Shown here in pieces: positions 26,876 through 36,721 of a DNA stretch of 64,000 bases (its first letter is position 1; every line of letters begins with the position of its first letter). The notes under the pieces were generated by a model. That model saw only the letters and a list, made by a program, of their open reading frames with translations. It did no database searches and was not told the DNA's origin. The position numbers and the translations under genes are program-made. This DNA comes from a virus: IMG/VR virus record IMGVR_UViG_3300035696_000013, positions 68,624 to 132,623 of that record; one strand, 5' to 3'.

Positions 26876-28575
26876 ATAAATCTTACGGAACTGTAAAGTA
26901 TCTGTCAAGACGAAAAATGTGGGAGATAGTGTGTCAACCGCATGTTGCTATTCAATTAAAACGAGTTTTTGCCAAGATTGATACTTTTGAATTTGGAGTT
27001 CATCATCTTAGTGCTACACCAGAGAACAGCAATAATTTACAGTGGTTCCTGCAGAGATGGCCTATGGATGTGGAGCAACCAACTACGCTGGAAACAATTG
27101 CAGCCCGTTGGAGGGAGCGAGAGTCCCTTGTAGACCAAATCCTAAGCCAGATGCAGATTGATCCAACCTATTTCAAGATGAAACTCCCTCCACGTGAATA
27201 TCAATCTTTAGCAACAATGATGTGGCTTGCAGCGGAAGGATTGCTTCTTGCTGATGATGTAGGATTAGGTAAGACAGCTGAAGCAATTGCCGGATTCACC
27301 GATCCTCGTACTCGTCCCGGTCTAGTTGTTACTCTGACTCATCTACCTCATCAGTGGGAACAGGAAGTTTATAAGTTTACAGATTTGCAATGTCATATCC
27401 TTCGAAAAACAACACCTTACGATTTGACAAAATATTGTGGCGGACGCTTCCCGGACGTCGTCATTAGCAATTACCATAAACTCTCAGGATGGGCCGAAAC
27501 TATTGCTCCGCTCATTAAATCTGTAGTCTTTGACGAAGTCCAAGAACTCCGTCACCAAGGAACAAATAAGTACCGGGCTGCTCAGCATATTGCTAAGAAC
27601 ACTAGTTACCGTTTAGGGTTATCGGCTACTCCCATTTACAACTACGGTGGAGAGATCTACAATGTCATCTCCATCCTCCAACCTGATGCTTTAGGAACTT
27701 GGCAAGAGTTCCAGCGGGAATGGTGTGTCTACGATGAGCAGAAGCCCAAGATTAAGGACCCTCCGGCATTTGGCATTTATGCTCGCGAAGCAGGACTTAT
27801 GTTGCGTCGTACCCGTAAAGAGGTTAAGCGTGAATTGCCTCCAGTTACAGTTGTGCCTCATTACATAGATGCAAATCCTGAAGCTCTACTTGCTATGGAA
27901 GGTGATGCTATCAATTTGGCTAAGTTGATTCTCGCCCAAAAAGAGCAATTCCGTGGTCAACGCATGCAAGCCTCTAGTGAATTCAATATGCGCATGCGTC
28001 AAGCAACAGGTATTGCCAAGGCTCCATTTGTTGCTGAGTTTGCTAAGTTCTTAGTAGAAGATAACGATGAACCTGTAGTACTCTACGGTTGGCACAGAGA
28101 AGTTTACAAGATCTGGTTAGAGAAGCTAAAGCATCTGAATCCAGTCATGTTTACCGGATCGGAAGATGCAAAACAAAAAGAAGAATCTAAGCGGAAATTC
28201 ATTGCTGGCGAAAGCAAAGTGATGATAATTTCGCTCCGTGCTGGAGCCGGAATGGATGGTCTGCAGGATGTTTGTCACGTTACGATTTTTGGCGAATTGG
28301 ATTGGTCTCCCGGCGTGCATGAACAGTGTGTAGGTCGTATACATAGAGATGGTCAAGATGAGCCTGTAACCGCGTATTATCTTATAGCTGATACAGGATC
28401 GGACCCAATAATTTCCGATGTGCTGGGTGTTAAGAAGCAACAGATAGAAGGTTTACGGGATCCTAATCAGGATTTGGTTAGCAAGCTTCAGATAGAATCT
28501 GAGTATATTAAGAGATTGGCCGAAAAATTCTTGACTGATCGCGGAATAGTGATTCCGATTTCTTTAGGAGTGTAA
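26872..28575 (+). CDS. SNF2-family helicase
   Basis: LLADDVGLGKT, DEVQ, LSATP, GMDGLQ, QCVGRIHRDGQ. Confidence 0.88.
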   Translation: MNKSYGTVKYLSRRKMWEIVCQPHVAIQLKRVFAKIDTFEFGVHHLSATPENSNNLQWFLQRWPMDVEQPTTLETIAARWRERESLVDQILSQMQIDPTYFKMKLPPREYQSLATMMWLAAEGLLLADDVGLGKTAEAIAGFTDPRTRPGLVVTLTHLPHQWEQEVYKFTDLQCHILRKTTPYDLTKYCGGRFPDVVISNYHKLSGWAETIAPLIKSVVFDEVQELRHQGTNKYRAAQHIAKNTSYRLGLSATPIYNYGGEIYNVISILQPDALGTWQEFQREWCVYDEQKPKIKDPPAFGIYAREAGLMLRRTRKEVKRELPPVTVVPHYIDANPEALLAMEGDAINLAKLILAQKEQFRGQRMQASSEFNMRMRQATGIAKAPFVAEFAKFLVEDNDEPVVLYGWHREVYKIWLEKLKHLNPVMFTGSEDAKQKEESKRKFIAGESKVMIISLRAGAGMDGLQDVCHVTIFGELDWSPGVHEQCVGRIHRDGQDEPVTAYYLIADTGSDPIISDVLGVKKQQIEGLRDPNQDLVSKLQIESEYIKRLAEKFLTDRGIVIPISLGV

Positions 28576-28577
28576 TC

Positions 28578-28850
28578 ATGAATCAAGAAGAAATGGATGC
28601 AAAAGCAGTAGAATTTGCTAAAGAATACGAAGAATGGAATGACAAACTTACAGCAGCGCAAAAGAATCCCGCTCTAACTCCTAAAGAATTTAAAGCTATC
28701 TACATGGAAGGAATAGACATAATACAAAGAAGTATGGAATTTTTGCTTCCTCGGTTAGATGATTTCCCTGAAGAACAAAGACAACAGGCTGAAAGTGTCA
28801 TGGCTGAAGTTCCGCTCTTACAAGAATTAGTGAATCAGATTGTCGTTTAG
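28578..28850 (+). CDS. hypothetical protein
   Basis: AGGAG SD. Confidence 0.55.
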   Translation: MNQEEMDAKAVEFAKEYEEWNDKLTAAQKNPALTPKEFKAIYMEGIDIIQRSMEFLLPRLDDFPEEQRQQAESVMAEVPLLQELVNQIVV

Positions 28851-28864
28851 TATTAGTAGAAGAG

Positions 28865-29149
28865 GTGTCTATGCCAAGGAAATTCGTAGAGATAAAAGTT
28901 GGAGAGCCGTTTACTGCTCTTGGTGAACGATATATAAAAACCGGACCATTGACCTATCGTAGTATTGATAATCCTACCATGGGAGAATATACGGCGGGAC
29001 CAATTTTGGATCGTCAAATTGATGTCGAGCCAAAGTCAGGCATTAATACTCGAGTGATTGTTACCAAAGATCCTGAAGTCGATGCTGTCGATCAAGCCAT
29101 TAAGCAGGGTCAAACAACCCCAATTAAGAAGACCAAAAAATCCAAGTAG
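28865..29149 (+). CDS. hypothetical protein
   Basis: ORF after AGTATTA. Confidence 0.55.
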   Translation: MSMPRKFVEIKVGEPFTALGERYIKTGPLTYRSIDNPTMGEYTAGPILDRQIDVEPKSGINTRVIVTKDPEVDAVDQAIKQGQTTPIKKTKKSK

Positions 29150-29160
29150 TTGGAGGAAGC

Positions 29161-29649
29161 ATGGGACACGGAATCACCAAAGAAAAGAAAGCAAAGAAAT
29201 TGTACTTCCTCGCTCAAGCTACGAGAGAACTTGAGCGTGCGCAAACTGAAATCAATCGTTTGCAAGCAGAGAATAAACTGCTAAAAGAGGATCCTAACGG
29301 CGTCATCAAACAATTCCTCGATCAGTACAATTCAGTTGTGATTCAAAACAATCGTATGTCTGCCTTGTGCGCTGCTCTTATTGATCAATTGAATGGCCGT
29401 GTCGAAGTCACAAAAGAAAAGATCAAGAGCTTTGAAGGTATGCGTTTAACCATCAAGATTGAAGCACCCGAGGGCATTGAGAAATTTGAAGATTCTGATC
29501 GTTACATTTTCAGTTATGAAGCAACGAAAGTAGAACCACCTCCACCCCCAGCTAAAACAGACACTCCGTCACCTCCTTCTCCGTCACAAACTCAGACCGA
29601 AGAAAAACCTGCTGAGGGATTGCCTCCCGGTTCACAGATAATGGTGTAA
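29161..29649 (+). CDS. coiled-coil hypothetical protein
   Basis: GGAGG SD, Pro-rich tail. Confidence 0.6.
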   Translation: MGHGITKEKKAKKLYFLAQATRELERAQTEINRLQAENKLLKEDPNGVIKQFLDQYNSVVIQNNRMSALCAALIDQLNGRVEVTKEKIKSFEGMRLTIKIEAPEGIEKFEDSDRYIFSYEATKVEPPPPPAKTDTPSPPSPSQTQTEEKPAEGLPPGSQIMV

Positions 29650-29650
29650 A

Positions 29651-30025
29651 ATGAGTTCACCCGATTCTTACGATATCTGCCGAGTATGTTCTCGAAGATT
29701 AACAGAAGCGGACGATTATGATCCTGAAAACGGGGCATTGTGTGAAGATTGCAAAAATGGAGAGACTCCTTTGTTTCAAAGCGGTTTTGGTAATACAATT
29801 TGGAATAGACATGAAGTAAGGCACATGTCTCCAAGAAGTTGTTTCCTTGAAGAAGTTCATTATTTCGATGTTTGCGAATGTTCTTTTTGCAGAAAGATAA
29901 AAGCAGGGAAATTTCGTTGGCAATTTTGGGCACCTGCTTTTCGTTATTGGACCAGCGGATGGTGGACACTCGTCCACGTATTGAGAAGATCCAAAATTGT
30001 AATTTATTTCAGGTTCACTTTCTAG
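29651..30025 (+). CDS. Cys-rich hypothetical protein
   Basis: three CxxC motifs. Confidence 0.5.
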   Translation: MSSPDSYDICRVCSRRLTEADDYDPENGALCEDCKNGETPLFQSGFGNTIWNRHEVRHMSPRSCFLEEVHYFDVCECSFCRKIKAGKFRWQFWAPAFRYWTSGWWTLVHVLRRSKIVIYFRFTF

Positions 30026-30285
30026 AGGCAACACTATGGATTTAACTGTCCCATTTGAATGTGCAGCAGATAGAATAGAAGAGTTAGTTGCTACTCATGT
30101 ACGAACACTTTTAAGTGGCATTGTATTATCTGCTGATGAACAAGGGAAACATATTGGACGTGTTGCTTCCAAAGCATTTAAAGAAGAAGCTAGGAAACTC
30201 ATTAAGAGTGTGGCTCCAAATACAGAATTAGAATAACTCTCCAAATTTACCTTTTTATCAGAACAACTTCGTAGTATTAAATAGA

Positions 30286-30424
30286 CATGGGATTGGGCTA
30301 CGAGACAATAAGCCCAAGTGACATGAGTGGAAAAATCCCACGCGCTCCCTATTAAACGGCAGCGAAACAACGGTCCCAGAGCGGCTCAGAGTAGACAAAT
30401 TCTATTCGTAAGCCCAATCCCATG
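30286..30424 (+). ncRNA. ~140-nt structured RNA with a 14-bp perfect closing stem
   Basis: CATGGGATTGGGCT / AGCCCAATCCCATG; starts just after the promoter at 30247-30277. Confidence 0.55.
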
Positions 30425-30489
30425 GATTTCCTTCAGGAGGACAACATGAAATGTATAGATAAGCTTTAGGTCAAGGAGGCCAAATCTAT

Positions 30490-31077
30490 ATGCGTCATGG
30501 TGTCAGCAAAGAGTACCTTAATGGTTCTCGGCGAGGTCGCCGAAACTATCGTTCTTTTCCGTTTGATCGTTTTCTTCAAAGTCGTCTTGGACGTCCCTGG
30601 AATGATGTCTATGCCGAAGTTTGTCAAGAATTCGATAGCCGTTCCTACCGTGGTCAACAATTTCTACACATTTTGGAGTGGAATGTAAATACCCATTGTT
30701 GGATCGAAGATGGAGTTATTTACTGCCACAGCCCGTATGTTGGAACTCGTCCTGTTGACGAGTACTATGTCCATCCTGAGACAGGACTTCTCAGCTATGC
30801 CGAACCAATAAAACGGCATTATCCTGTTCCTCCCTGCACTCACATCAAAATCGACGATCTACACTTCTACGACAAAATCGATGGTATCTGGTACTATTCT
30901 GTCTACGAAGTGAATCCTTACTATGTTCATTGGAGCCGATTTGAAGATCGAAAGATTTTGATTGTTTCCAAACGGCAACTGGGGAAGAAAGAATTGCGCA
31001 AACTGGGCCTTGTGAATGGTCCAGTTCCATTGGTAAAGAAGAAAACTAAGAACGAATTCCTTCGGTTATGGTCTTAA
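30490..31077 (+). CDS. conserved-looking hypothetical basic protein
   Basis: RFLQSRLGRPWNDVYAE, YVHPETGLL; uORF at 30446-30469 upstream. Confidence 0.65.
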   Translation: MRHGVSKEYLNGSRRGRRNYRSFPFDRFLQSRLGRPWNDVYAEVCQEFDSRSYRGQQFLHILEWNVNTHCWIEDGVIYCHSPYVGTRPVDEYYVHPETGLLSYAEPIKRHYPVPPCTHIKIDDLHFYDKIDGIWYYSVYEVNPYYVHWSRFEDRKILIVSKRQLGKKELRKLGLVNGPVPLVKKKTKNEFLRLWS

Positions 31078-32320
31078 AGAATTCTTCGGGTTTGCCTTGC
31101 TTCTTGCACCACTCGACCCATTCGGGATCATAGTCTTTGCGGAAGTAATACTTGCCCAAAGCACAGACCCATTCGTCAGAAAATATAACATGATCAGGAG
31201 TAGCAGTTTTCTTCTCTGTATCAACGTGCCACAGAACAAAAGACTGATGAGACTTGTTCATCTTTTCCTGATAATCGAAATCAATACGACACATGCAGCC
31301 CATTTCTACCCAGTGAATGGCTCCACGTATCACATTGGCCGAAGAATGCATACTGACTTTGTGCCAATGACCATTGCAGCCGGAAGTACCGTATTTGTCG
31401 TCTCCGACGTGATCTAATGTTACACAATCCCAATAGGTCTTGAAATTGTTCCTGATTTGCTCACGAGTTAAAGCCGGAGTAAATTCGTTCAAGTCGAGAC
31501 GAGATACCAAATTGATCTTGTATTTTGGCAGACCGAAAAGATCGGCTAGAGTAAGTCCAGTAATGTTGCTCAATAGAGTTAGAGCGTTGGGATTCTTGTC
31601 CTTGAAGTAACGTAAGATGCGCCAGTCGTGGTTGCCGATAATGAAATCAATCTGCGTGTCATCGCCTACAGTAGCGCGGAGCGGAGCGTACACTTGCTCT
31701 CGTACAAATTTGAAAGCTTTTTCCAGGTCTATGCGACGTGGATCATAGCTGTATTTGCTGAATTCCACTTCGTCAAATACATCACCATTTATAGCAACAA
31801 CGTCAGGCTTGACTCGTTTTGCTACATCAAGAAATACACCCCAGCAGAATGGATCCAGGCTTACATCATGCAAGTCAGCACAAACTAAGAGAGTCTTGAA
31901 TCGATTACCGTTGTCTGGTTTGACAAAAAGATCGGCATATTGCTTTACTTCTTCGTATAACTCTCGATAGATATCGTGCGACTTATGCTTAGCAACATGA
32001 CGCTCTACAGCATGCTGATTACGACTAATCTCTAGCCCAGCTTGACGACGGAATTCCAAAAAAGTCCCAAAATAGCGATTCCAAGTGCGGTCCGAGTATT
32101 CACCATGAACTCGATAGAAATTGCGTGTAATAAACTTGTCTTCGTTTTCCATCTGGACACGACGCAAGTCATTTAAGCAGTCTTCTTCGGTAGCTTTGGC
32201 GTCAAATTTCTTGGCTCTTTCGGACAAAATAGCTTGGGCAGCTAGGGATCTCTTTCGTTCTTTTATAGGCTTCTCAGGCTTTACTTCAGGTGGGCAAACA
32301 GGTGTTTCTTCTACAGTCAT
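31046..32320 (-). CDS. HTH-repeat plus metallophosphoesterase protein
   Basis: ADLHD, NGDVFD, GNHD, GHWH; N-terminal endonuclease-associated-like repeat. Confidence 0.75.
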   Translation of the reverse strand: MTVEETPVCPPEVKPEKPIKERKRSLAAQAILSERAKKFDAKATEEDCLNDLRRVQMENEDKFITRNFYRVHGEYSDRTWNRYFGTFLEFRRQAGLEISRNQHAVERHVAKHKSHDIYRELYEEVKQYADLFVKPDNGNRFKTLLVCADLHDVSLDPFCWGVFLDVAKRVKPDVVAINGDVFDEVEFSKYSYDPRRIDLEKAFKFVREQVYAPLRATVGDDTQIDFIIGNHDWRILRYFKDKNPNALTLLSNITGLTLADLFGLPKYKINLVSRLDLNEFTPALTREQIRNNFKTYWDCVTLDHVGDDKYGTSGCNGHWHKVSMHSSANVIRGAIHWVEMGCMCRIDFDYQEKMNKSHQSFVLWHVDTEKKTATPDHVIFSDEWVCALGKYYFRKDYDPEWVEWCKKQGKPEEFFKTITEGIRS

Positions 32321-32495
32321 TAAGCATCCCTCCGCATATCAAAACCCGTTTCATTTATGGGTCCCGAAGTCTTAAGATTACAGACGCGACAATGGTTAAT
32401 ACTGCGCATCTTTGTGAAGGTCTTGGTTTTTCTAAACCTTCATTAGTAGGAGTGTTTCTATTACTCTCTACATTTTCCAATAAGACTGGGATTTC

Positions 32496-35000
32496 ATGAT
32501 TTTTACGGCTCCATTCCTAAGAACAGCAGACCAAGAAGAAGGGGAACAACGCATGTTCCACGGCCTTCCGATCATTATCGAAAATGAGAAAGGATCTGTC
32601 CGAGAAGGTGTCAATGCAGATGGAAAAACTTGGGAACGTCTTATGCATTGTGACTACGGGTACATACCCGATACCGAAGGAGCCGGGGACAAGGAAGGTT
32701 TAGACGTTTACATTGGAGACGACAAGAATTCTCCGTATGCTTACATCGTCGAACAGCTAGATGACGAAGGACAATTTGATGAATACAAGGTCTTACTGGG
32801 ATTTCCAGATCTGACTTCGGCTGAGGAAATGTATGATAAGCATTATCCAGCAGGTTGGGGAGAAGAGCATGTTGGAGAAATCTGGGAAGTTCCGTTGTCT
32901 ACTTTGTCCAAAGGCGTTAAACACGAGCAACAAAAAGAAGATCAAAAATACGGCAGTACAAAGTGGGGATTAAGATATCACGGAACTACTGTAGAAAATG
33001 CAAAATCCATTTTGAAAAATGGATTAAAACCTTCCGGTAAGCCGCTTCTAAAAGGCGAACCTCCAAGCGATCGAGTGTACGCTGTAGACACTAAAGCCGA
33101 TGCTATCGTGTACGGACTTATGCAGTCTAAAAGTGATACTTGTGCTGTTGTAGTGATAAGGAATAGAGTGGGATTTCCTATCAATGAAACCTTTGGATAT
33201 CAAGGAATGGTTCCTCCCAGCGATATAGTAAGAGTCGAAATTTACGAAAGACCCAAGGATAAAGATTGGGGACCTACAGAAAGCAACGAACATCCAAAAC
33301 TTCCTAAGCTTCTTAAGATTTTAAAGCCTGAACAGCAAAAGGAAGATCAAAAACATGGTAGTGTAGACTTGCAAGCAGATCCATCTAAAGTTTCAATTCA
33401 ACAAACTGGAACAGGTCAGTACACTTTTAAACATGAAGGAGTAGACGGTTATTTGACTGCCATCAATACTTCTAAAAATCCAAAGAAACAAGGACTTATG
33501 GTAGTAGAATCCTTGATTGAAGAATCTTTCCGTGGAAAAGGTTATGGAAAAGCACTATATCAAGCGGCCTTAAATGCTGCAAGAAAAGCTGGATATGCAG
33601 AATTTTGCTCCGAACCGCTTCCTCTAGTTTCTGAAGATGCAAAACATATCTGGCAATCTCTAGGAGCAGTTATCTCTAAGAAACAGGGGGAAGAAGCTTA
33701 TAGGATAGATATCTCTGGAATGCCCAAGACATCTTTCGACGCAGTTAAGGAATTTCTCCGAAGCTATGATTTTGAATTCTACGAACAAGTGGCTGAAGAA
33801 GTTCGAGAAACTCTAGAAGATTTACTCAATGATGCAGGAATTCGAGCCTTAGTTACTTGTCGTGCTAAGAAAGTAAAGAGCTTGCGTCGAAAGCTGGAAC
33901 GCCGAGCACCTGATAAGAATTATCAAAATTTAATCGACATACAAAAGGACATCAAGGATTTGAGTGGCGTTCGGGTAGCTCTATATTTCCCGAACGATCG
34001 TGCAGCTGTAGAGCAGTTAATCGCCGCTAATTTTGAACAAGCTCGTCCACCAAAGCATTTTCCTGAAGAACGAGAGCCACAAGATTCCGATCACTATGTT
34101 GCAACTCACTATACTATTTGGTGGGAAAAGACAGTAGTAGAGATTCAAGTAGCCTCGTTGCTTATGCAAGCTTGGAGTGAAGTTGCTCACGACATGGTCT
34201 ATAAGCCGTTGGTGGGAGAATTGTCTCCACTTGAATTGAACATCATTGGCGAATTAAGCGATTTAATTGGAATAGGCGAAGCAACCTTAGAAGATCTTCA
34301 AACTGAGTATGAAGAACGTGCTGGTAAGAAGTTACGGTTTGAACTTGTAAGTGCTCTACAGAAAAAGTTAGGTGCTTTGAAATACAAGCAACGGGATAGA
34401 GATGTTGTTTTCTTTCGACAACGATTAGGTTCGGCACAATTGTACCAAAACAAGATACAGGAAGCTTGGCATATTGTATCCAGTGAGAATATGCGTCGTA
34501 TTGCAGCAACGGGACAATACTTCTACCACTCTACTCTATCCAAGAATCTAAACTCCATTGCTAAAGAAGGTCTTAAGCCTTCTACCAATCCACAATGGGG
34601 AGGAGAATTGGCTGATTTTAGTATGGGCAAACTTTTATTGAATCCTACTCCTAAAGGAGCGATGTACTATGGATTGCAATTGTTCTATCGTTATCTGCAG
34701 AATCAGGAAGTAAGTTATATTCCTCTCTGTTTGCGCGTGCGTATAGATAACGAAGAACTTTTTGAAGACAAACAATCTATAGGCGGAGATGTATGGACCG
34801 ACGCAACTATTTCTCCCAACAGAATCGAAGTGTGGTGGCAGGACAAGTGGCAGCCGTTGAAGTCGAACAATTGGTGGTCAGAATTTGAATATCATCAGCA
34901 AGAAGATGGAACCTGGACTGACTGGGAAGGAACATTGTTTAATAATATCCCAGATGTTGAACGAGATGTAAAATCTTTTGTCTTACCTAAAGCCGCTTAA
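32496..35000 (+). CDS. polyvalent protein: PPase-like + ART-like + GNAT + RelA/SpoT + ART-like
   Basis: ENEKGSVR/DYGYI/DEYKVLLG; YHGT; RGKGYG; RAK..S..RK, DLSGVR, EIQ, HDMVYK; YHST..I.KEGLKP. Confidence 0.75.
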   Translation: MIFTAPFLRTADQEEGEQRMFHGLPIIIENEKGSVREGVNADGKTWERLMHCDYGYIPDTEGAGDKEGLDVYIGDDKNSPYAYIVEQLDDEGQFDEYKVLLGFPDLTSAEEMYDKHYPAGWGEEHVGEIWEVPLSTLSKGVKHEQQKEDQKYGSTKWGLRYHGTTVENAKSILKNGLKPSGKPLLKGEPPSDRVYAVDTKADAIVYGLMQSKSDTCAVVVIRNRVGFPINETFGYQGMVPPSDIVRVEIYERPKDKDWGPTESNEHPKLPKLLKILKPEQQKEDQKHGSVDLQADPSKVSIQQTGTGQYTFKHEGVDGYLTAINTSKNPKKQGLMVVESLIEESFRGKGYGKALYQAALNAARKAGYAEFCSEPLPLVSEDAKHIWQSLGAVISKKQGEEAYRIDISGMPKTSFDAVKEFLRSYDFEFYEQVAEEVRETLEDLLNDAGIRALVTCRAKKVKSLRRKLERRAPDKNYQNLIDIQKDIKDLSGVRVALYFPNDRAAVEQLIAANFEQARPPKHFPEEREPQDSDHYVATHYTIWWEKTVVEIQVASLLMQAWSEVAHDMVYKPLVGELSPLELNIIGELSDLIGIGEATLEDLQTEYEERAGKKLRFELVSALQKKLGALKYKQRDRDVVFFRQRLGSAQLYQNKIQEAWHIVSSENMRRIAATGQYFYHSTLSKNLNSIAKEGLKPSTNPQWGGELADFSMGKLLLNPTPKGAMYYGLQLFYRYLQNQEVSYIPLCLRVRIDNEELFEDKQSIGGDVWTDATISPNRIEVWWQDKWQPLKSNNWWSEFEYHQQEDGTWTDWEGTLFNNIPDVERDVKSFVLPKAA

Positions 35001-35002
35001 TC

Positions 35003-36679
35003 ATGAATCCTCTACTACACATGCCTGGACATGGCTGGCTTACTACAGATGGACGATATCATCCATTACAGGAAGGCGAATCTCATGGTAGGGCAGCTTA
35101 TCGTTTAGGACTCGCAACAGAGGAAGAAATCGAAAAGTTGGCAACCACCCCCGCGCAGAAAGCTATGAAAGATGGTAATGTTCGTGTTGCGGGTGACATC
35201 CCTTTAGTATTTGCTGCTTTTCAAGATGATCCAAAAACTCGTAAAATCATAGCTGATTTTATTCGTTCAAGAAGGGGAAATCGTACAGTTATTCTCGAAT
35301 TTATTGCTCCTCATATTTATGAGTATGTAACGAGAGATCAAGCTATACATTGGATGGAAACGGGTAAACAACCCGTAAAAATTAATACGGAAAAGTGGCA
35401 CGAAATGATTGCTAGTAGTGAAACTGATCTGTATCATTGTACTCGTTACGAGAATGCTGCTAATATTCTAAAGCATAATTATTTTCGTCCGTCAAAAGGT
35501 CAAGATGGAATCTCAGGTCTGTCCACTACTACGAATCCGAACTATTGGTGGGGCAGTCATGAAGTACGTTTTGTACTGGATGCTAAAAAGTTGGCTCAAT
35601 TGTATGAGTTGAAACCCGTACAAGAGACTATCTACACAACAGGACATGAACTCTTAAATGAAAGTGAGATTTTAGTAGTGTCTGACACTGCTATAATGAA
35701 TGCTCTGGATTATGTAAAACGGATTGATTACACACCTGATACTTCAAAATATCATGAGGATAAAGAGTTTTTAGAACTAGCAGAACAGCGCGGGATAAAA
35801 CCAGTGTTATTGGCAGATAAGACCGCCAGCCATAAGCAGACTCCTAATCGGGATGAGAATTTTGTCGAGGAGACCAATGGTTACGTTACGCAACCCGAAC
35901 GAGTGAAAGGTACACAATCCTTTGTTCCACTTGAATTCATGATGCCTGAAGAGTTTGGAGAAGTAAAGACTTCAGCAGATGACCTAGCAAAAGTAAATGA
36001 CATTGTGACTGAATATATGTCGGTTTTGCAACCCGGCCTTCCTCGTCCTAAGATTACTTTCGCAAATAGCATGCGAGCCGATTGGTTGGGACAAACAGGA
36101 TGGCGTTTTGGTGAAAAAGAAGGTAAAAATTGGAGTGACGAAACCACAACCATAACTTTACAGCGACGTATCTTAGGAGATGAAAAGACTCTTCGTAGAG
36201 TGATAGCTCACGAACTTTGTCATCATGAAGAATTGTTAACTCATGATAAAGAAAAACTTGACGAAGTGGGATTCCGAACCTACAATATGCTTCGCAATCT
36301 GGGTGGAGCGCATAGACCTACTTGGTTTGAAATAGCTGCTCGTTTCAATGCTAAATATGGACCAAATTTTGTAACAGAGAAATCAGACGAAAATTATGTA
36401 GAAAATCCAGAGATGATTCGAGAGTATTTCTTACTTCTCAATAGACAGGAGAATGGCAAGATCTATTATCAGACATCTTATCGTCTTATGCCTCGTCAAC
36501 AGCAATGGCTTGCTGCTCATGATACAGAGAATTATCGTATTGTTCGCTCCCGCAATCCGAGCTTTACTCAGGGACCTACAATAGGCTCAGGACGTTGGAT
36601 GTATGTTAAATCGTATGATACAATTAGACAAGAAGAATTGGAAACTCTTTGGAATGAAGGCGTGCATGCTGTCAATTGA
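35003..36679 (+). CDS. polyvalent protein: unknown + ART-like + SprT-like zincin
   Basis: LYHCT..ILK..F, STT, E; IAHELCH. Confidence 0.7.
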   Translation: MNPLLHMPGHGWLTTDGRYHPLQEGESHGRAAYRLGLATEEEIEKLATTPAQKAMKDGNVRVAGDIPLVFAAFQDDPKTRKIIADFIRSRRGNRTVILEFIAPHIYEYVTRDQAIHWMETGKQPVKINTEKWHEMIASSETDLYHCTRYENAANILKHNYFRPSKGQDGISGLSTTTNPNYWWGSHEVRFVLDAKKLAQLYELKPVQETIYTTGHELLNESEILVVSDTAIMNALDYVKRIDYTPDTSKYHEDKEFLELAEQRGIKPVLLADKTASHKQTPNRDENFVEETNGYVTQPERVKGTQSFVPLEFMMPEEFGEVKTSADDLAKVNDIVTEYMSVLQPGLPRPKITFANSMRADWLGQTGWRFGEKEGKNWSDETTTITLQRRILGDEKTLRRVIAHELCHHEELLTHDKEKLDEVGFRTYNMLRNLGGAHRPTWFEIAARFNAKYGPNFVTEKSDENYVENPEMIREYFLLLNRQENGKIYYQTSYRLMPRQQQWLAAHDTENYRIVRSRNPSFTQGPTIGSGRWMYVKSYDTIRQEELETLWNEGVHAVN

Positions 36680-36721
36680 TCAGAAACTAAAACTGCCGTT
36701 TTAGAAGATGACAACACTTTA

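Noticed and set aside
30286-30424. Retron msr-msd (a1/a2 inverted repeats)
   Set aside because: No reverse transcriptase adjacent or anywhere in the window.
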